A DNA stretch of 64,000 nt from Prochlorococcus sp. AG-347-M18 (GTDB lineage Bacteria > Cyanobacteriota > Cyanobacteriia > PCC-6307 > Cyanobiaceae). The stretch spans positions 4,057-68,056 of the forward strand of contig QCCT01000007.1 in the NCBI GenBank assembly GCA_003281165.1. The letters are read 5' to 3'. Below, piece by piece: positions 28,106 to 39,827 of this stretch. A program made the position numbers and the translations under genes. Under the pieces are notes generated by a model. It saw only the letters and a list, made by a program, of their open reading frames with translations. It was not told the DNA's origin and ran no database searches. Every line of letters begins with the position of its first letter. Position 1 is the stretch's first letter.

Positions 28106-29317
28106 ATGGAAATACTTGATATTTTAATTTTAGGTTCAGGTCCTGCCGCATTATGTTTAGCTTCAGAATTAGCCAAGCAAAATCTAAATATTAAGGGAAT
28201 ATCAACAAAATCTCCAAATGAAAAATGGGAGAATACATATGGTATCTGGGCATCTGAATTAGAAGAATTAGGGTTAGAGTCCTTGTTATCTCACCGATGG
28301 TGTAAAACAGTTAGTTTTTTTGGAGATGGGGAAAATAAAAAAGGGGATACTCCGACAAAACACAACTACGACTATGGTTTAATAAATCAGGAAGCCTTTC
28401 AAAATGAGCTTTTAAAAAAGTGTAAAGGGATTAAATGGTTGAATGAAACAGCAAAAGAAATTAAAGAAAAAAATAAACTATCTGAGGTAATTTGCTCTTC
28501 AGGTCTCAAAATAAAGGCGAGATTAGTTATTGACGCAAGTGGTCATAAAAGTAATTTTGTAAAAAGACCAGTTCAAAATGAAATCGCTCAACAAGCCGCT
28601 TACGGAATTGTAGGTAAATTTACATCACCACCTGTTAATAAAGAACAATTTGTTCTAATGGATTTTCGTCCAAATCATTTAAACAAAGAAGAAAAGTTAT
28701 CATCTCCTTCATTTCTTTATGCAATGGATCTTGGCAACGACACTTTTTTTGTTGAAGAAACTTCATTAGCTAGTTATCCTGCATTATCCCAAGAAAATCT
28801 TAGAAAAAGACTTTATAAAAGACTTAATAGTAAGGGTATTGAGGTAAGTGAAATTTTTCATGAAGAGAATTGCCTTTTCCCTATGAATCTACCCCTCCCA
28901 TTTAAAAAACAATTTGTACTTGGTTTCGGTGGGGCTGCAAGTATGGTTCATCCTGCATCGGGATACATGGTTGGATCTTTATTAAGAAGGGCTCCACTCC
29001 TTGCACAAAAATTAGCAATCTTTTTAAAAGAACCCCATCTAAGTTCGCTAGATTTAGCTTCAAAAGGTTGGGAAATCCTATGGCCTTACGAATTAACACA
29101 AAGGCATAAGCTTTACCAATACGGTCTAAGAAGATTAATGAGTTTTGACGAAAGTAGATTAAGAAGCTTTTTCTCAAATTTCTTTAGATTATCAACCAAT
29201 GAATGGGTTGGTTTTCTTACTAATACACTTCCACTCCCAAAACTAATTTACGTGATGAGTAAGATGTTTATAAATTCACCTCTAAAAGTAAAACTAGGAA
29301 TGCTCAAGTTAAATTAG
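28106..29317 (+). CDS. crtL: Lycopene cyclase (CrtL type, probably beta)
   Basis: DILILGSGPA FAD motif, NTYGIW, QAAYG, FLYAM, FVEETSL, VHPASGY. Confidence 0.9.
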   Translation: MEILDILILGSGPAALCLASELAKQNLNIKGISTKSPNEKWENTYGIWASELEELGLESLLSHRWCKTVSFFGDGENKKGDTPTKHNYDYGLINQEAFQNELLKKCKGIKWLNETAKEIKEKNKLSEVICSSGLKIKARLVIDASGHKSNFVKRPVQNEIAQQAAYGIVGKFTSPPVNKEQFVLMDFRPNHLNKEEKLSSPSFLYAMDLGNDTFFVEETSLASYPALSQENLRKRLYKRLNSKGIEVSEIFHEENCLFPMNLPLPFKKQFVLGFGGAASMVHPASGYMVGSLLRRAPLLAQKLAIFLKEPHLSSLDLASKGWEILWPYELTQRHKLYQYGLRRLMSFDESRLRSFFSNFFRLSTNEWVGFLTNTLPLPKLIYVMSKMFINSPLKVKLGMLKLN

Positions 29318-29322
29318 TATTT

Positions 29323-30906
29323 TTATTTTCGCCAATCATCAATATTTATATTTGGGAAGACTTTATCCTCTTCCTCAATATCTTCAAGAAATCTTAAATT
29401 AATATTAGAATGATTTTTAATCATTTCAACCAATTTCCAGAACCTGAATAAGTGTCTTTTTATTCTCTCTTTTGCTAGCTCAGTTGTGGTTCCAGCTCTT
29501 AGAATAAAACTCCAATCAGAGGACTCAGAAAGAAGTAGTTCTCTTGCAGCTTGCTTGAAGAGCCTTGGAGATAAATCATTATTAAAATTTTCCAAGCACA
29601 AATCTACAAATGTTGAGCCTGCCTTTGTGATTTCTGGAACGATCCATGCATTTGCATCATTTATCCAGTAATTATGGTAGCCACCTTGCCCCCAGCTTGA
29701 TGGCGATGGATCACAAATCTGAAGATTTGGTTTTTGCATTAAGAATTCTTTTAAATTTGTAAGCTTAATTGAATATTTACTAGAGTTCTTTAGTATATTT
29801 TCAATAAAAAAAGGGCCCTCATACCACCAATGACCAAATAACTCTGCATCAAATGGAGCTACCAATAGAGGCTTAAAAGAAGAGGATAAAGTCAATTTTT
29901 CTAGTTGTTTGGATCTCGCTAGAAGATAGGCATCAGCATGTTCTGCCGCCTTATTTTTGGCTTCATTTTCAAGGTAAAACTCTTTTTTCCCTAAAGAAAT
30001 ATTTTCATCTGTAATCTTATGAAACTTTAAACCCAAAGGTCTTTTTGTTGAAATACCCTTCTTTTGGAGCTTTGAGAGAGGTAATTCCCACCCCAAATCT
30101 TTATGAAATTCCCTATAGACTTTGTCACCAGGGAATCCATCCTTAGCAGACCAAACGGGCAAGGTTGACTCACTATCTCTCCCGAAAAATGCCACTCCTT
30201 TTTTCGAGCATATTGGAGCATATACACCATACCGAGGCCTTGGTTTTGAATTTAAAATCCCGTGTCCGTCTAAGATTGTATATCTAATTCCAGAATTAAA
30301 TAGTATTTCATCTAAACCCTCATAATATGCGCATTCAGGTAACCAAATACCTAAAGGCTTTGTTCCAAAAATATTTTCATGGCTCCTAATGGCTGTATTA
30401 ATTTGTCCTTTAATAGTTTCAGGATTCTCTCTTAGAATTGGTAAATATCCATGAGTAGCAGCACAAGTGAGAATATCCAAATTTCCAGAGTTATTTAATA
30501 CCCTAAACTTCTCGATTAAATTTCCAGAACAATTTTGCCAATATAGGTATTTATCATTAAGATTTTTCGTTAAAAATGTAGAGGCATTTTTTTCTTCTAG
30601 TGGCAGTTCGTTTAGGAAATCATTCCTTGTTTTAATCCAGCTTGGGAAAGTTTCTTGAATTTGTTTATTATTAAGAAGTGATAATAATGTTGGAGACAAA
30701 CTAATAGTAAGTTTTGTATTTTCAGGATTTTCATTTTTGGAAAATTCTATTGATTGAAGTAGTGGTATATAACATTCAAGAATCGCCTGAAATAACCAAT
30801 CCTCTTCTAAGGAGTTTTTTTCATTTTTTCTAACATAAGGTAGATGAGCATGTAAAACTATCGCTAACTGACCTAAAACATTTTTTGGGGGGTATCGCCC
30901 ATTCAT
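29323..30906 (-). CDS. Glycoside hydrolase family 57 (branching enzyme type, DUF1957)
   Basis: HAHLPYV, ATHGYLP, WLPECAY nucleophile, PFDAELFGHWWYEG, SSDWSF. Confidence 0.92.
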   Translation of the reverse strand: MNGRYPPKNVLGQLAIVLHAHLPYVRKNEKNSLEEDWLFQAILECYIPLLQSIEFSKNENPENTKLTISLSPTLLSLLNNKQIQETFPSWIKTRNDFLNELPLEEKNASTFLTKNLNDKYLYWQNCSGNLIEKFRVLNNSGNLDILTCAATHGYLPILRENPETIKGQINTAIRSHENIFGTKPLGIWLPECAYYEGLDEILFNSGIRYTILDGHGILNSKPRPRYGVYAPICSKKGVAFFGRDSESTLPVWSAKDGFPGDKVYREFHKDLGWELPLSKLQKKGISTKRPLGLKFHKITDENISLGKKEFYLENEAKNKAAEHADAYLLARSKQLEKLTLSSSFKPLLVAPFDAELFGHWWYEGPFFIENILKNSSKYSIKLTNLKEFLMQKPNLQICDPSPSSWGQGGYHNYWINDANAWIVPEITKAGSTFVDLCLENFNNDLSPRLFKQAARELLLSESSDWSFILRAGTTTELAKERIKRHLFRFWKLVEMIKNHSNINLRFLEDIEEEDKVFPNINIDDWRK

Positions 30907-31133
30907 ACTTTCTTATAATTTATGCCTGAAATTCTATAAAAAATTAAACCTAACCTTTTATAAAAGGAGGCTTTGATCCTAAAAGAATACTTTAATAATT
31001 TAAGTATTTCATTTTTTTTTTCAGAAATTTAACTAATATTGTTTAAATTTTGAATTTGCAGCAAAAATTTTTTCAACTAAATCTAGTCAATTTTTTTTAA
31101 TTAGCTTAATATAAAACTAGATTATCCCGTCTT

Positions 31134-32774
31134 ATGTCAAAAGATCCTGGAAGAATTTTGATATTTGATACAACTCTTCGAGACGGAGAGCAATCTCCTG
31201 GTGCCAGTTTAAATCTTGAAGAAAAACTTGCTATCGCTCATCAATTAGCAAGATTAGGAGTAGATGTTATTGAGGCTGGATTCCCTTTCGCAAGTCCAGG
31301 AGATTTTAAAGCTGTTAATAAAATTGCCAATGCCGTAGGGAAAGAAAATGGCCCTATAATTTGTGGTTTAGCTAGAGCATCTAAAGGAGATATAAAAGCA
31401 TGTTACGAAGCAGTAAATCCAGCTCCCAAGAAAAGAATTCATACTTTTATTGCTACAAGTGATATTCATCTTAAACATAAACTCAAAAAATCCAGAAAAG
31501 ATGTTCTTCAAATAGTTCCAGAAATGGTTAATTTTGCAAAATCATTGGTAGATGATATTGAGTTTTCTTGTGAAGATGCCTCAAGGAGTGATCCTGATTT
31601 TTTATACGAAGTGATTCAATTAGCAATCTCTGCAGGAGCGACAACAATAAATATCCCTGATACTGTTGGATTCACAACTCCTAGTGAATTCGGTAAATTA
31701 ATTTATGATATAAATAAAAATGTTCCAAATATTGATGAGGCAGTAATATCTGTTCATGGTCATAATGATCTGGGTTTGGCTGTAGCCAATTTTTTAGAAG
31801 CAGTAAAAAATGGAGCAAGACAACTAGAATGTACGATTAATGGAATTGGGGAAAGAGCTGGGAATGCCTCTCTAGAAGAATTAGTAATGGCTTTGCATGT
31901 TAGGAAAAGTTTTTTTAATACTTTTTTCAAAAGAAATCCAGACTCGCCAACTCCTCTTACAGCTATAAGAACAGAAGAAATAACAAAAACCTCTAGACTT
32001 GTTTCAAACCTAACTGGAATGACTGTTCAACCTAATAAAGCAATTGTGGGAGCCAACGCTTTTGCACATGAGTCTGGAATTCATCAGGATGGGGTTTTAA
32101 AAAATAGACTAACTTACGAAATTATCGATGCAAAAACTGTTGGTTTGAGTGACAACAAAATATCTTTGGGGAAACTTAGTGGAAGAAGTGCGGTAAGAGC
32201 AAGATTAGAAGAGATGGGATATGATTTGAGCCGAGAAGATTTAAATGATGCTTTCGCTCGTTTTAAGGAATTAGCTGACAGGAAAAGAGAAATTACTGAT
32301 AGAGACTTAGAAGCAATTGTTAGTGAACAAGTACAGCTGCCAGAAGCTAAATTCCAATTAAGTCTTGTACAAGTAAGTTGCGGTAACGCATCTAAACCTA
32401 CGGCCACCATATCGCTTATAGACACGGAAGATAATACTGAGAATACTGCCGTATCAATAGGGACTGGACCAGTTGATGCTGTATGCGAGGCTTTAAATAA
32501 ATTAGCTAAAGTTCCTAATGAATTAATTGAATTTTCAGTTAAGTCGGTTACAGAAGGAATAGATGCTTTGGGTGAAGTAACAATTAGAATAAGAAGGGAT
32601 AGTAAAATATATTCTGGTCATTCAGCTGATACGGATGTTGTAGTTGCTGCAGCGAATGCTTACGTTAATGCTTTAAACAGGCTAGTCTTTTCTGAGAAAA
32701 AAAATTCAATTCACCCACAATTTGATAATTTAGAAAATACAAACAAAACAATCCTACCTAATCACTTAAATTAA
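31134..32774 (+). CDS. leuA: 2-isopropylmalate synthase
   Basis: [35 protein letters not shown]-terminal regulatory domain GPVDA. Confidence 0.97.
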   Translation: MSKDPGRILIFDTTLRDGEQSPGASLNLEEKLAIAHQLARLGVDVIEAGFPFASPGDFKAVNKIANAVGKENGPIICGLARASKGDIKACYEAVNPAPKKRIHTFIATSDIHLKHKLKKSRKDVLQIVPEMVNFAKSLVDDIEFSCEDASRSDPDFLYEVIQLAISAGATTINIPDTVGFTTPSEFGKLIYDINKNVPNIDEAVISVHGHNDLGLAVANFLEAVKNGARQLECTINGIGERAGNASLEELVMALHVRKSFFNTFFKRNPDSPTPLTAIRTEEITKTSRLVSNLTGMTVQPNKAIVGANAFAHESGIHQDGVLKNRLTYEIIDAKTVGLSDNKISLGKLSGRSAVRARLEEMGYDLSREDLNDAFARFKELADRKREITDRDLEAIVSEQVQLPEAKFQLSLVQVSCGNASKPTATISLIDTEDNTENTAVSIGTGPVDAVCEALNKLAKVPNELIEFSVKSVTEGIDALGEVTIRIRRDSKIYSGHSADTDVVVAAANAYVNALNRLVFSEKKNSIHPQFDNLENTNKTILPNHLN

Positions 32775-32855
32775 AGTATTTCTTAGGAATATTAAATATC
32801 ATAAAAAATAGTCTCTTAATATTGTAGATTGATTAAATATTTAAAGTAGTAAATA

Positions 32856-33248
32856 ATGAGAGAAAGGTTACTTGGATATTGGGCACTTTCATGGGTCGGG
32901 TTAATCAGTAATATTATTGCACTTCCAATAATCGCATTAATAATAAGTTATGGGCCCCCACTAAAAGTTGCAAATATAACTCTTGCCATAAGTCTTGGTT
33001 GGCCTGCTGCAATTGTTGGAATAGTTTCTTCAGCAGCTCTTTTAGCCGAGAGAAAATGGGGAGTAACTTTAACTCTAGTATCTCTATCAATGGTAATTTC
33101 TGGGACAGGACCTTATTCAGTGGTAAGACTCATAACTCTTAAGGACATTTTTGGAATTGGAGGGTTTACTTTATTAACAACATTATTAAGTACCTTAGCC
33201 CTTATATATTGGTGTAATCCAAAACATCGAAGAAGTATAAGGCTATAA
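32856..33248 (+). CDS. Hypothetical membrane protein
   Basis: 130 aa, four hydrophobic helices. Confidence 0.75.
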   Translation: MRERLLGYWALSWVGLISNIIALPIIALIISYGPPLKVANITLAISLGWPAAIVGIVSSAALLAERKWGVTLTLVSLSMVISGTGPYSVVRLITLKDIFGIGGFTLLTTLLSTLALIYWCNPKHRRSIRL

Positions 33249-33257
33249 AATTAAAAA

Positions 33258-34730
33258 TTAAGAAAAAGTATTATTCTTACTTGTTGGATACTGAATTCTT
33301 CTATGTCTAATTCTTTTCCAAACATTCAAGAATGCTCTTTTTATTAGGAAAATTTCTCCTTTAGATAAATTACTATCATCTAATTGGCCATCTTTCTGAC
33401 GCGAGTAGATAATATTAGATATTGTTTCCAAAGCTTCTTTATCAGATGCGTTTATATTCATAGCTCTTAGTGCCGCTTCACATCCATCCGCAAGCATTAA
33501 AATAGCAGTTTCTTTTGACTGAGGAATAGGACCTTTGTATCTAAAATAATTTTCATCAATGTCGAGATTTTTTTCTTTAGCCTTTTGAAAAAAATATCCC
33601 ATTTTTAGGGTACCTTGATGTTCTGGGATAAAATTGGCTATCATTTTAGGTAGTCTATTTTTTCTTGCAAATTTTAATCCTTCATCAACATGTGCCTGTA
33701 ATACTTCTGCACTTTTAATGGGATCATCTAATTCGTCATGCGGATTTTTTGAACCATCCTGATTTTCGATAAACCAATTAGGTGCATGTAGTTTTCCAAC
33801 ATCATGATATAACGCTCCAGTTTTAATAAGATCGATATCACCGCCAATCATTCTTGTTGCTTCCTCTGCTAAACCACATATAAGTAAAGTATGTTCAAAA
33901 GTACCGGGAGCTTCAAGAGACAATCTTCTAATTAGAGGTTTCTCCTTATCAGCTAATTCGAGTAATCTTGCTTTAGTTAATAATCCAAATATCGATTCAA
34001 AAATAGGAATAAATAAAATAGTAAAAAGCATTACTATTGCCAATAGCAAGGAATCAGAAAATATATCGCCATTAGCTAAAACAAATTCTTGATTGTTAAT
34101 AAGGGGATTACTGCCTTTACCTATTAATATCCATTGACTCAAGAACGATCCTATGGGAACAAAAATTGATAGTTGAAGTAACTGAGCTCTACTTCTAATT
34201 CTTGCTCCAAGTAGAGATACTACTGAAGCGCAAACTAATAAAATAAAAAATAAATTATTATTTATAAAAACTGCTGGGTCTGGCCAACTAAAACTTGCTA
34301 TTGAAACAAAAGCTAAAGCAGTTATGCTCCCCATTCCTTGAGATATAACTAACGCCGGTGGAATTATCATAGATAATGGACTTATGTTTGAAGCTATGGC
34401 TAATTTCGTGGCTTGTACTGCTAAAAGAAGAGTGATGATCAAGATGATCTGTCTTGAAGAAATTGTGGGATTCTCTTTTTTTGAAACTAATATCAAAATT
34501 CCAGAACTAATAAGTATTTCAGTAAAGGTCAAAAGCCAAGAAAAAATGTCTGTGATCTGTAAAGGCGAAACAAGAAGGTATTTGTAAGAAGAAATTATTG
34601 AAATTAAAATGCATACTAAAAAAATTATGAGATTATCTATTCTTGAAATTTTAATTAGTTGTTTTACTGGGACTTGACTTCTCCTCCACAGATAAAGCAT
34701 TTTTTTTAAGGTGGTTGTAATGTTTTGCAC
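33258..34730 (-). CDS. 7TM-HD (HDIG) phosphohydrolase, PgpH-like
   Basis: Multiple TM helices, then EAPGTFEH, YHDVGK, FIENQ, HVDEG, EHQGT, MLADGCEAA. Confidence 0.88.
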   Translation of the reverse strand: MQNITTTLKKMLYLWRRSQVPVKQLIKISRIDNLIIFLVCILISIISSYKYLLVSPLQITDIFSWLLTFTEILISSGILILVSKKENPTISSRQIILIITLLLAVQATKLAIASNISPLSMIIPPALVISQGMGSITALAFVSIASFSWPDPAVFINNNLFFILLVCASVVSLLGARIRSRAQLLQLSIFVPIGSFLSQWILIGKGSNPLINNQEFVLANGDIFSDSLLLAIVMLFTILFIPIFESIFGLLTKARLLELADKEKPLIRRLSLEAPGTFEHTLLICGLAEEATRMIGGDIDLIKTGALYHDVGKLHAPNWFIENQDGSKNPHDELDDPIKSAEVLQAHVDEGLKFARKNRLPKMIANFIPEHQGTLKMGYFFQKAKEKNLDIDENYFRYKGPIPQSKETAILMLADGCEAALRAMNINASDKEALETISNIIYSRQKDGQLDDSNLSKGEIFLIKRAFLNVWKRIRHRRIQYPTSKNNTFS

Positions 34731-34804
34731 AGAATATAAATAAATCTATTTGAATAATTTAAAATTATAGGCATGCTAGGTGTAAAAAGGAGATGTTTTT
34801 CTAA

Positions 34805-35701
34805 ATGTCATTAAAATTAGATGGTAAAAAATTGTCCCTTGAAATTGAAGAAAGATTAAATGAGTATATCTCTAGTAATAAAAAAATTGCAAAAAGAGCA
34901 CCTGGTCTAGCTGTAATAAGAATAGGTGAAGACCCTGCGAGTGGTGTTTACGTAAACAACAAGGAGAAAGCGTGTTCAAGGATTGGGATAAAGAGCTTTA
35001 TCTTTCATCTAAATGATAGTGTAGACCAAAAAGAAGTTGAACAATTAATAATCAAACTTAATTCTGATAAGAATATTGATGGAATGTTGCTCCAACTACC
35101 CATCCCAAAGAAGTTTGATGAGCAAAAACTTATAAGTAATATTAATCCAAATAAAGATGTAGATGGATTAAATGAGATAAATATCGGCAAATTAGTAAAA
35201 AATGAGCCTGCGATGAGATCATGTACTCCAGCAGGAATTATTAATTTATTAAGAGCCCAAAATATTGCAATTGAAGGTAAGAAAATTGTTGTTATTGGAA
35301 GAAGTTTGCTTGTTGGGAAACCACTATCGCTTATGTTGTTGAATCTAAATGGCACAGTAACGATGACTCATTCAAAAACATTAAATTTAAATAAAATCTG
35401 TAGAGAAGCAGACATATTAATTGCTGCTGCAGGAAAACCTAATCTTGTGGATTCTAGTTTTGTGAAAGAAGGAGCGGTAATTATTGATGTTGGAATACAT
35501 AGATTAAAAAGTTCCGATAAAAATCAAACCCGATTATGTGGCGATGTATTATTAGAAGATGTTATTTCTAAAGTATTTGCTTATACACCTGTACCAGGAG
35601 GTGTTGGACCAATGACAGTAACAATGTTACTTGTAAATACTATTTTTAGCTGGCAAAAACAATTTAGCTTATCATCAACTCTTAATGACCTTTTGCCATA
35701 A
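34805..35701 (+). CDS. folD: Methylene-THF dehydrogenase/cyclohydrolase
   Basis: [39 protein letters not shown]. Confidence 0.97.
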   Translation: MSLKLDGKKLSLEIEERLNEYISSNKKIAKRAPGLAVIRIGEDPASGVYVNNKEKACSRIGIKSFIFHLNDSVDQKEVEQLIIKLNSDKNIDGMLLQLPIPKKFDEQKLISNINPNKDVDGLNEINIGKLVKNEPAMRSCTPAGIINLLRAQNIAIEGKKIVVIGRSLLVGKPLSLMLLNLNGTVTMTHSKTLNLNKICREADILIAAAGKPNLVDSSFVKEGAVIIDVGIHRLKSSDKNQTRLCGDVLLEDVISKVFAYTPVPGGVGPMTVTMLLVNTIFSWQKQFSLSSTLNDLLP

Positions 35702-35737
35702 ACTCCAAGATGAAAAAAATTTTACTAAAGGTATAAA

Positions 35738-36640
35738 ATGACTGAAGTTATAAATAGTATTTCTGATTTTGAAAAATATCTTAAAAATACAAAAAAGATT
35801 GTAGAAGAAGCACTGGATTTTTCCTTGGGCCCTGAGAATCCAGAAATATTAAGAGAATCAATGAGATATTCACTTTTGGCTGGAGGAAAAAGAATACGTC
35901 CAATTTTATGTTTAGCATCTTGCTCATTGGCTGGGGGAGAACCTTCTCTTGCTGTCCCTACTGCAGTGGCAATAGAAATGATCCATACAATGTCCTTAAT
36001 TCATGATGATCTTCCCGCTATGGATAATGATGACTTGAGGAGAGGTAGGCCTACAAACCATAAAGTATATGGGGATGCAATAGCTATTCTTGCTGGCGAT
36101 GCTTTATTAACCAGGGCCTTTGAAATGGTCTCTTTGAGAAGCCCGGGAGTTGATCCAACTAGGTTATTAAATGTAATTGGCGAATTATCCTTGGTTGCAG
36201 GTGCACCAGGCCTAGTTGGGGGGCAAGTTGTTGATTTAGAATGTGAAGGAAAAGAAGTCGATCTTGAAACTCTCGAATACATTCATCTTCATAAGACTGG
36301 GGCTTTATTAAAGGCTTGCGTAAGAACAGGCGCGATGATTGCAGGCGCTAACGAAAAACTATTACAAGCTCTAACAAAATATGCAGAGGGAATTGGTTTG
36401 GCCTTTCAAATAATTGATGATATTCTTGATTTAACTTCCAGCAGTGAAAAGCTTGGTAAAACAGCAGGTAAAGATCTTTTAGCCGATAAAACTACATACC
36501 CTAAATTACTTGGAATGGAGGAGTCAAAGAAAAGAGCAATTGATTTAGTTGAAAAATCAAAAAAAGCAATTGAACCTTGGGGTACGGATGCAAAGTATTT
36601 AATATCATTAGCCGACTTCATTACAAGTCGAGACAGGTAA
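35738..36640 (+). CDS. crtE: Geranylgeranyl diphosphate synthase
   Basis: [40 protein letters not shown]. Confidence 0.95.
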   Translation: MTEVINSISDFEKYLKNTKKIVEEALDFSLGPENPEILRESMRYSLLAGGKRIRPILCLASCSLAGGEPSLAVPTAVAIEMIHTMSLIHDDLPAMDNDDLRRGRPTNHKVYGDAIAILAGDALLTRAFEMVSLRSPGVDPTRLLNVIGELSLVAGAPGLVGGQVVDLECEGKEVDLETLEYIHLHKTGALLKACVRTGAMIAGANEKLLQALTKYAEGIGLAFQIIDDILDLTSSSEKLGKTAGKDLLADKTTYPKLLGMEESKKRAIDLVEKSKKAIEPWGTDAKYLISLADFITSRDR

Positions 36641-36652
36641 ATAGCTTAATCT

Positions 36653-37132
36653 ATGTCTGAGTTTTTTACCATTTTTAATAATTCAGTTCTATTCTGGAGC
36701 TTATTATCTTGTTTACTAGCTCAATTTTTTAAAATTGTATTCAATTTCTTTTCAAATGGAGAGATAAGATTTGCAATTATGTTTGAAACTGGTGGTATGC
36801 CTTCAAGCCATTCGGCCTTAATAACTGGTGCTGCATCTGGTATTGGTTACGAATTAGGATTTGATAGCTCAATATTCGCTTTATCAGTTGCTATAGCACT
36901 AATAGTTTTGTATGACGCTAGTGGTGTTAGAAAATCAGCTGGAATTCAAGCTGCAGAAATCAACAAACTATCAAAAAAACTAGACCCTAAATCTGAATTA
37001 TTTTTAAAAGAAACCTTGGGCCATACAAAAATTGAGGTAATGGTGGGGAGTTTTTTAGGACCGTTAATTACCTTGCCTGGAATGTTTTTTTTAGGTTCTC
37101 CTCTCAAAATATTTGATTTGATAATAAATTAA
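36653..37132 (+). CDS. Divergent PAP2 family protein (DUF212)
   Basis: GGMPSSHSA, YDASGVR, LGHT. Confidence 0.92.
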   Translation: MSEFFTIFNNSVLFWSLLSCLLAQFFKIVFNFFSNGEIRFAIMFETGGMPSSHSALITGAASGIGYELGFDSSIFALSVAIALIVLYDASGVRKSAGIQAAEINKLSKKLDPKSELFLKETLGHTKIEVMVGSFLGPLITLPGMFFLGSPLKIFDLIIN

Positions 37133-38520
37133 GAATCCTTTGAAAAACTAATTTGGGTAGCATCTATAAAGTTTTTTGCGACTTCTGGAGAGCTTGGCAA
37201 ATGTAAGTGAATCCAACTTGCATGTAATTTTTCGTCAAAATAGCCTTCATTTTTGTATTCAGTTTCCCAAGATCTAATTTCCCATGGAGCAGATAATTTC
37301 TTCTGATACTCAGCTTTTATTAAATCATGTTCAGATAAATAATTTTCAATTTCCCAATAATGAAATTCATGTCCTCTAGTTGATTGTTTTTGTTTAATAA
37401 TCGGAGTATCTTTTAAACCGTTAATGTATCTGTAACCGACTGTAAGCTTACTTTTTTTTGATCTAAAAGGCAGAATACCACTCATCTTATGATTATTCCC
37501 ATTTTCATCTTTTATAAAGTCTCCTAAAATCATCATCCCTCCGCACTCTGCATATATAAATCCATTTTTACGGAATTTCCTCAAAGAATTTAAGCTTTTT
37601 GTAGAGTTACTTATATGATCGGCATATTTTTCAGGGAACCCCCCAGGAATAATTAAAGAAGAAGCCTCATTTGGTATTTCTTCATCATCATAAATACTCC
37701 ATGAAATCAATGGTATTCCAATTTCACTCAAAAACTCCTTAGTTTCAGGATATTGAAAATGAAAGATTTTATCTTCTGCAATTGCGATAGGTTTACTTTT
37801 GTCAATTTTAAAATCTTTAAAATTGAGTGAATTAAATATTTTCTTTTGCGGAGATTTCAGAAATTTAATAAGAGAAAATACATCAAGATTTCTTTCGGCG
37901 AAATTTGCAAAATATTCAACATCAATTTCTTTTCCATTATCCATTGGAGATATCAAACCTAAATTAGCTTTGTTTAAAGTTATTTTTGAATCAGATGGCA
38001 AAAAACCGAGAATTTCGATGTCTTCATTTTTAAAAACTTCTTTGATTAATTTTTTATGTCTATCTGAATTAACGTTGTTAAATATAATTCCTGCTATTGA
38101 CAATCCACTATCGAAATCTCTAAAACCACGAATAGTCGCCAAAAGAGAAGCTACTTGACCTCTAGCATTAACAATAAAAATTATTGGAGCATTCAGAAGT
38201 TTAGAGATATTTGCTGTACTGGAATAGGTTGTTGACCCTAATCCATCAAATAGACCCATTGCTCCTTCAATTAATGAGAATTCATATTTCAAAGAATGTT
38301 TTAAAAAACTTTCTTGAACCCATTTCTCACCACTCAAAAAAATATCTAAATTCCTACAAATAGGTTGGCCAATTGAACTAAGTTGTTGTTGATCAAGATA
38401 ATCCGGGCCAACCTTGAAAGTTTGTATCTTTATACCTTTTGAGAACGCCCAACAAGATAGCAAAAGTGATAATGTAGTTTTCCCACTATCAGTTGAAGGA
38501 GAAGATATTACACAAGGCAT
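37129..38520 (-). CDS. cobB: Cobyrinate a,c-diamide synthase
   Basis: SGKTT, FKVGPDYLD, IEGAMGLFDG, GGFPE, YAECGG, GHEFHY. Confidence 0.93.
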   Translation of the reverse strand: MPCVISSPSTDSGKTTLSLLLSCWAFSKGIKIQTFKVGPDYLDQQQLSSIGQPICRNLDIFLSGEKWVQESFLKHSLKYEFSLIEGAMGLFDGLGSTTYSSTANISKLLNAPIIFIVNARGQVASLLATIRGFRDFDSGLSIAGIIFNNVNSDRHKKLIKEVFKNEDIEILGFLPSDSKITLNKANLGLISPMDNGKEIDVEYFANFAERNLDVFSLIKFLKSPQKKIFNSLNFKDFKIDKSKPIAIAEDKIFHFQYPETKEFLSEIGIPLISWSIYDDEEIPNEASSLIIPGGFPEKYADHISNSTKSLNSLRKFRKNGFIYAECGGMMILGDFIKDENGNNHKMSGILPFRSKKSKLTVGYRYINGLKDTPIIKQKQSTRGHEFHYWEIENYLSEHDLIKAEYQKKLSAPWEIRSWETEYKNEGYFDEKLHASWIHLHLPSSPEVAKNFIDATQISFSKDS

Positions 38521-38523
38521 CTA

Positions 38524-39825
38524 TTAGTTATTAAAACCATTAAATATTTGAAGGGCTATCTTAATAGAATTTTCAAAAAGAGGACTGGTATTACCTCTAC
38601 TACTTCCCAATAATTTACTAACATCGTACTCTGATGTAGAAAAAGAATTTGGAACAACTTGTTCTATTAATTCCATATTAGCCATTCCCCCTGCTTCAAG
38701 TCTCATACATTCCACTGATTCACAGCCAAGTATTACACAAGTGTTATTTTTTTGAACCTCACTAATTTTTGAAATCAGCCTCAATCCAATAACTTGTCCT
38801 AAATGAATACTTGGATTTCCCAATGATAAGGGATTAATTGACGCAGAAATTATTTCGCCATTAATTCTTTCAAACTCTATTTTTGTTGATTCTGTATTAC
38901 TTTCAACTCTTAGAAAAGACCAACCAAGTTTATCGCTAATCCATGAAATCAAAAACAAAGCTTGAATCATATGATCTCCTGCAATATCAATGTCAATATC
39001 AGTAATATGATCTAAAATTGGTCTCCTCGAAGGGGGATCAAAAATCATTGCTAATGATTCCCTCCAATTTTTCAATCTAACCCAATTCAAATCATTAATA
39101 GCTTTATTTGAATTATTTAATTGATCTAAAACTTTTAAACATCTTTGAGGCGATCCAAGAGCAGTATCAATAATTAACCTTAGACCATAATCAGCAAAAT
39201 ATTCGAATATTTCAGGCGATTCATCCAAGCTTCCATTCCACCACAACCATGAAGGTAATTCATCAATAGATAATTCATCAATTATTTTTAATCCTTTACT
39301 AAATAATGAGGCCGAGTCCCCCCTAATAACAACCAAATCCCCACATATAGGTTGCATAGCTGGAGTATCACTTAATGGACAGTAAGCGGATACAAAAGTT
39401 TTGATATCTGAATTTTTATTTAATGTTGGCGCTAGAGTTATTAATCTTCTTGGATTCAATGTACTTATTGATGATTCAAAAAATTGTCCTCTAAAATCTT
39501 CAAAGTCTTCATTAGATAAATTTTCCTTCAACAAATTCAATAATTCTTCACTATTAAAGGAAGTAGTGATAGGAAGTCCTTGATCTAATATAAATTTTTT
39601 AGCAACTTCAATTATTTCTGGACTTAAATTTCCAGTAATTGGTCCATTAACTAATCCTTTTTGAACCAAACATTGTTCTAGCCAAGCAGGCTGCCAGACC
39701 ATTAATGTAAAAGTATTAGCTCCACTGTTATCTTTATCTTCTGAAATCCATAATTTATTAAGATAACTAGAAATTTCCTGATAAGGCAGCTCTAGAGGGG
39801 TTTGGAGTGTTAGTTGAGGTTTCAT
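38524..39825 (-). CDS. opcA: Glucose-6-phosphate dehydrogenase assembly protein
   Basis: SAYCP, LPSWLWW, DLNWVRL...WRE; directly downstream of zwf. Confidence 0.93.
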   Translation of the reverse strand: MKPQLTLQTPLELPYQEISSYLNKLWISEDKDNSGANTFTLMVWQPAWLEQCLVQKGLVNGPITGNLSPEIIEVAKKFILDQGLPITTSFNSEELLNLLKENLSNEDFEDFRGQFFESSISTLNPRRLITLAPTLNKNSDIKTFVSAYCPLSDTPAMQPICGDLVVIRGDSASLFSKGLKIIDELSIDELPSWLWWNGSLDESPEIFEYFADYGLRLIIDTALGSPQRCLKVLDQLNNSNKAINDLNWVRLKNWRESLAMIFDPPSRRPILDHITDIDIDIAGDHMIQALFLISWISDKLGWSFLRVESNTESTKIEFERINGEIISASINPLSLGNPSIHLGQVIGLRLISKISEVQKNNTCVILGCESVECMRLEAGGMANMELIEQVVPNSFSTSEYDVSKLLGSSRGNTSPLFENSIKIALQIFNGFNN

Positions 39826-39827
39826 TT

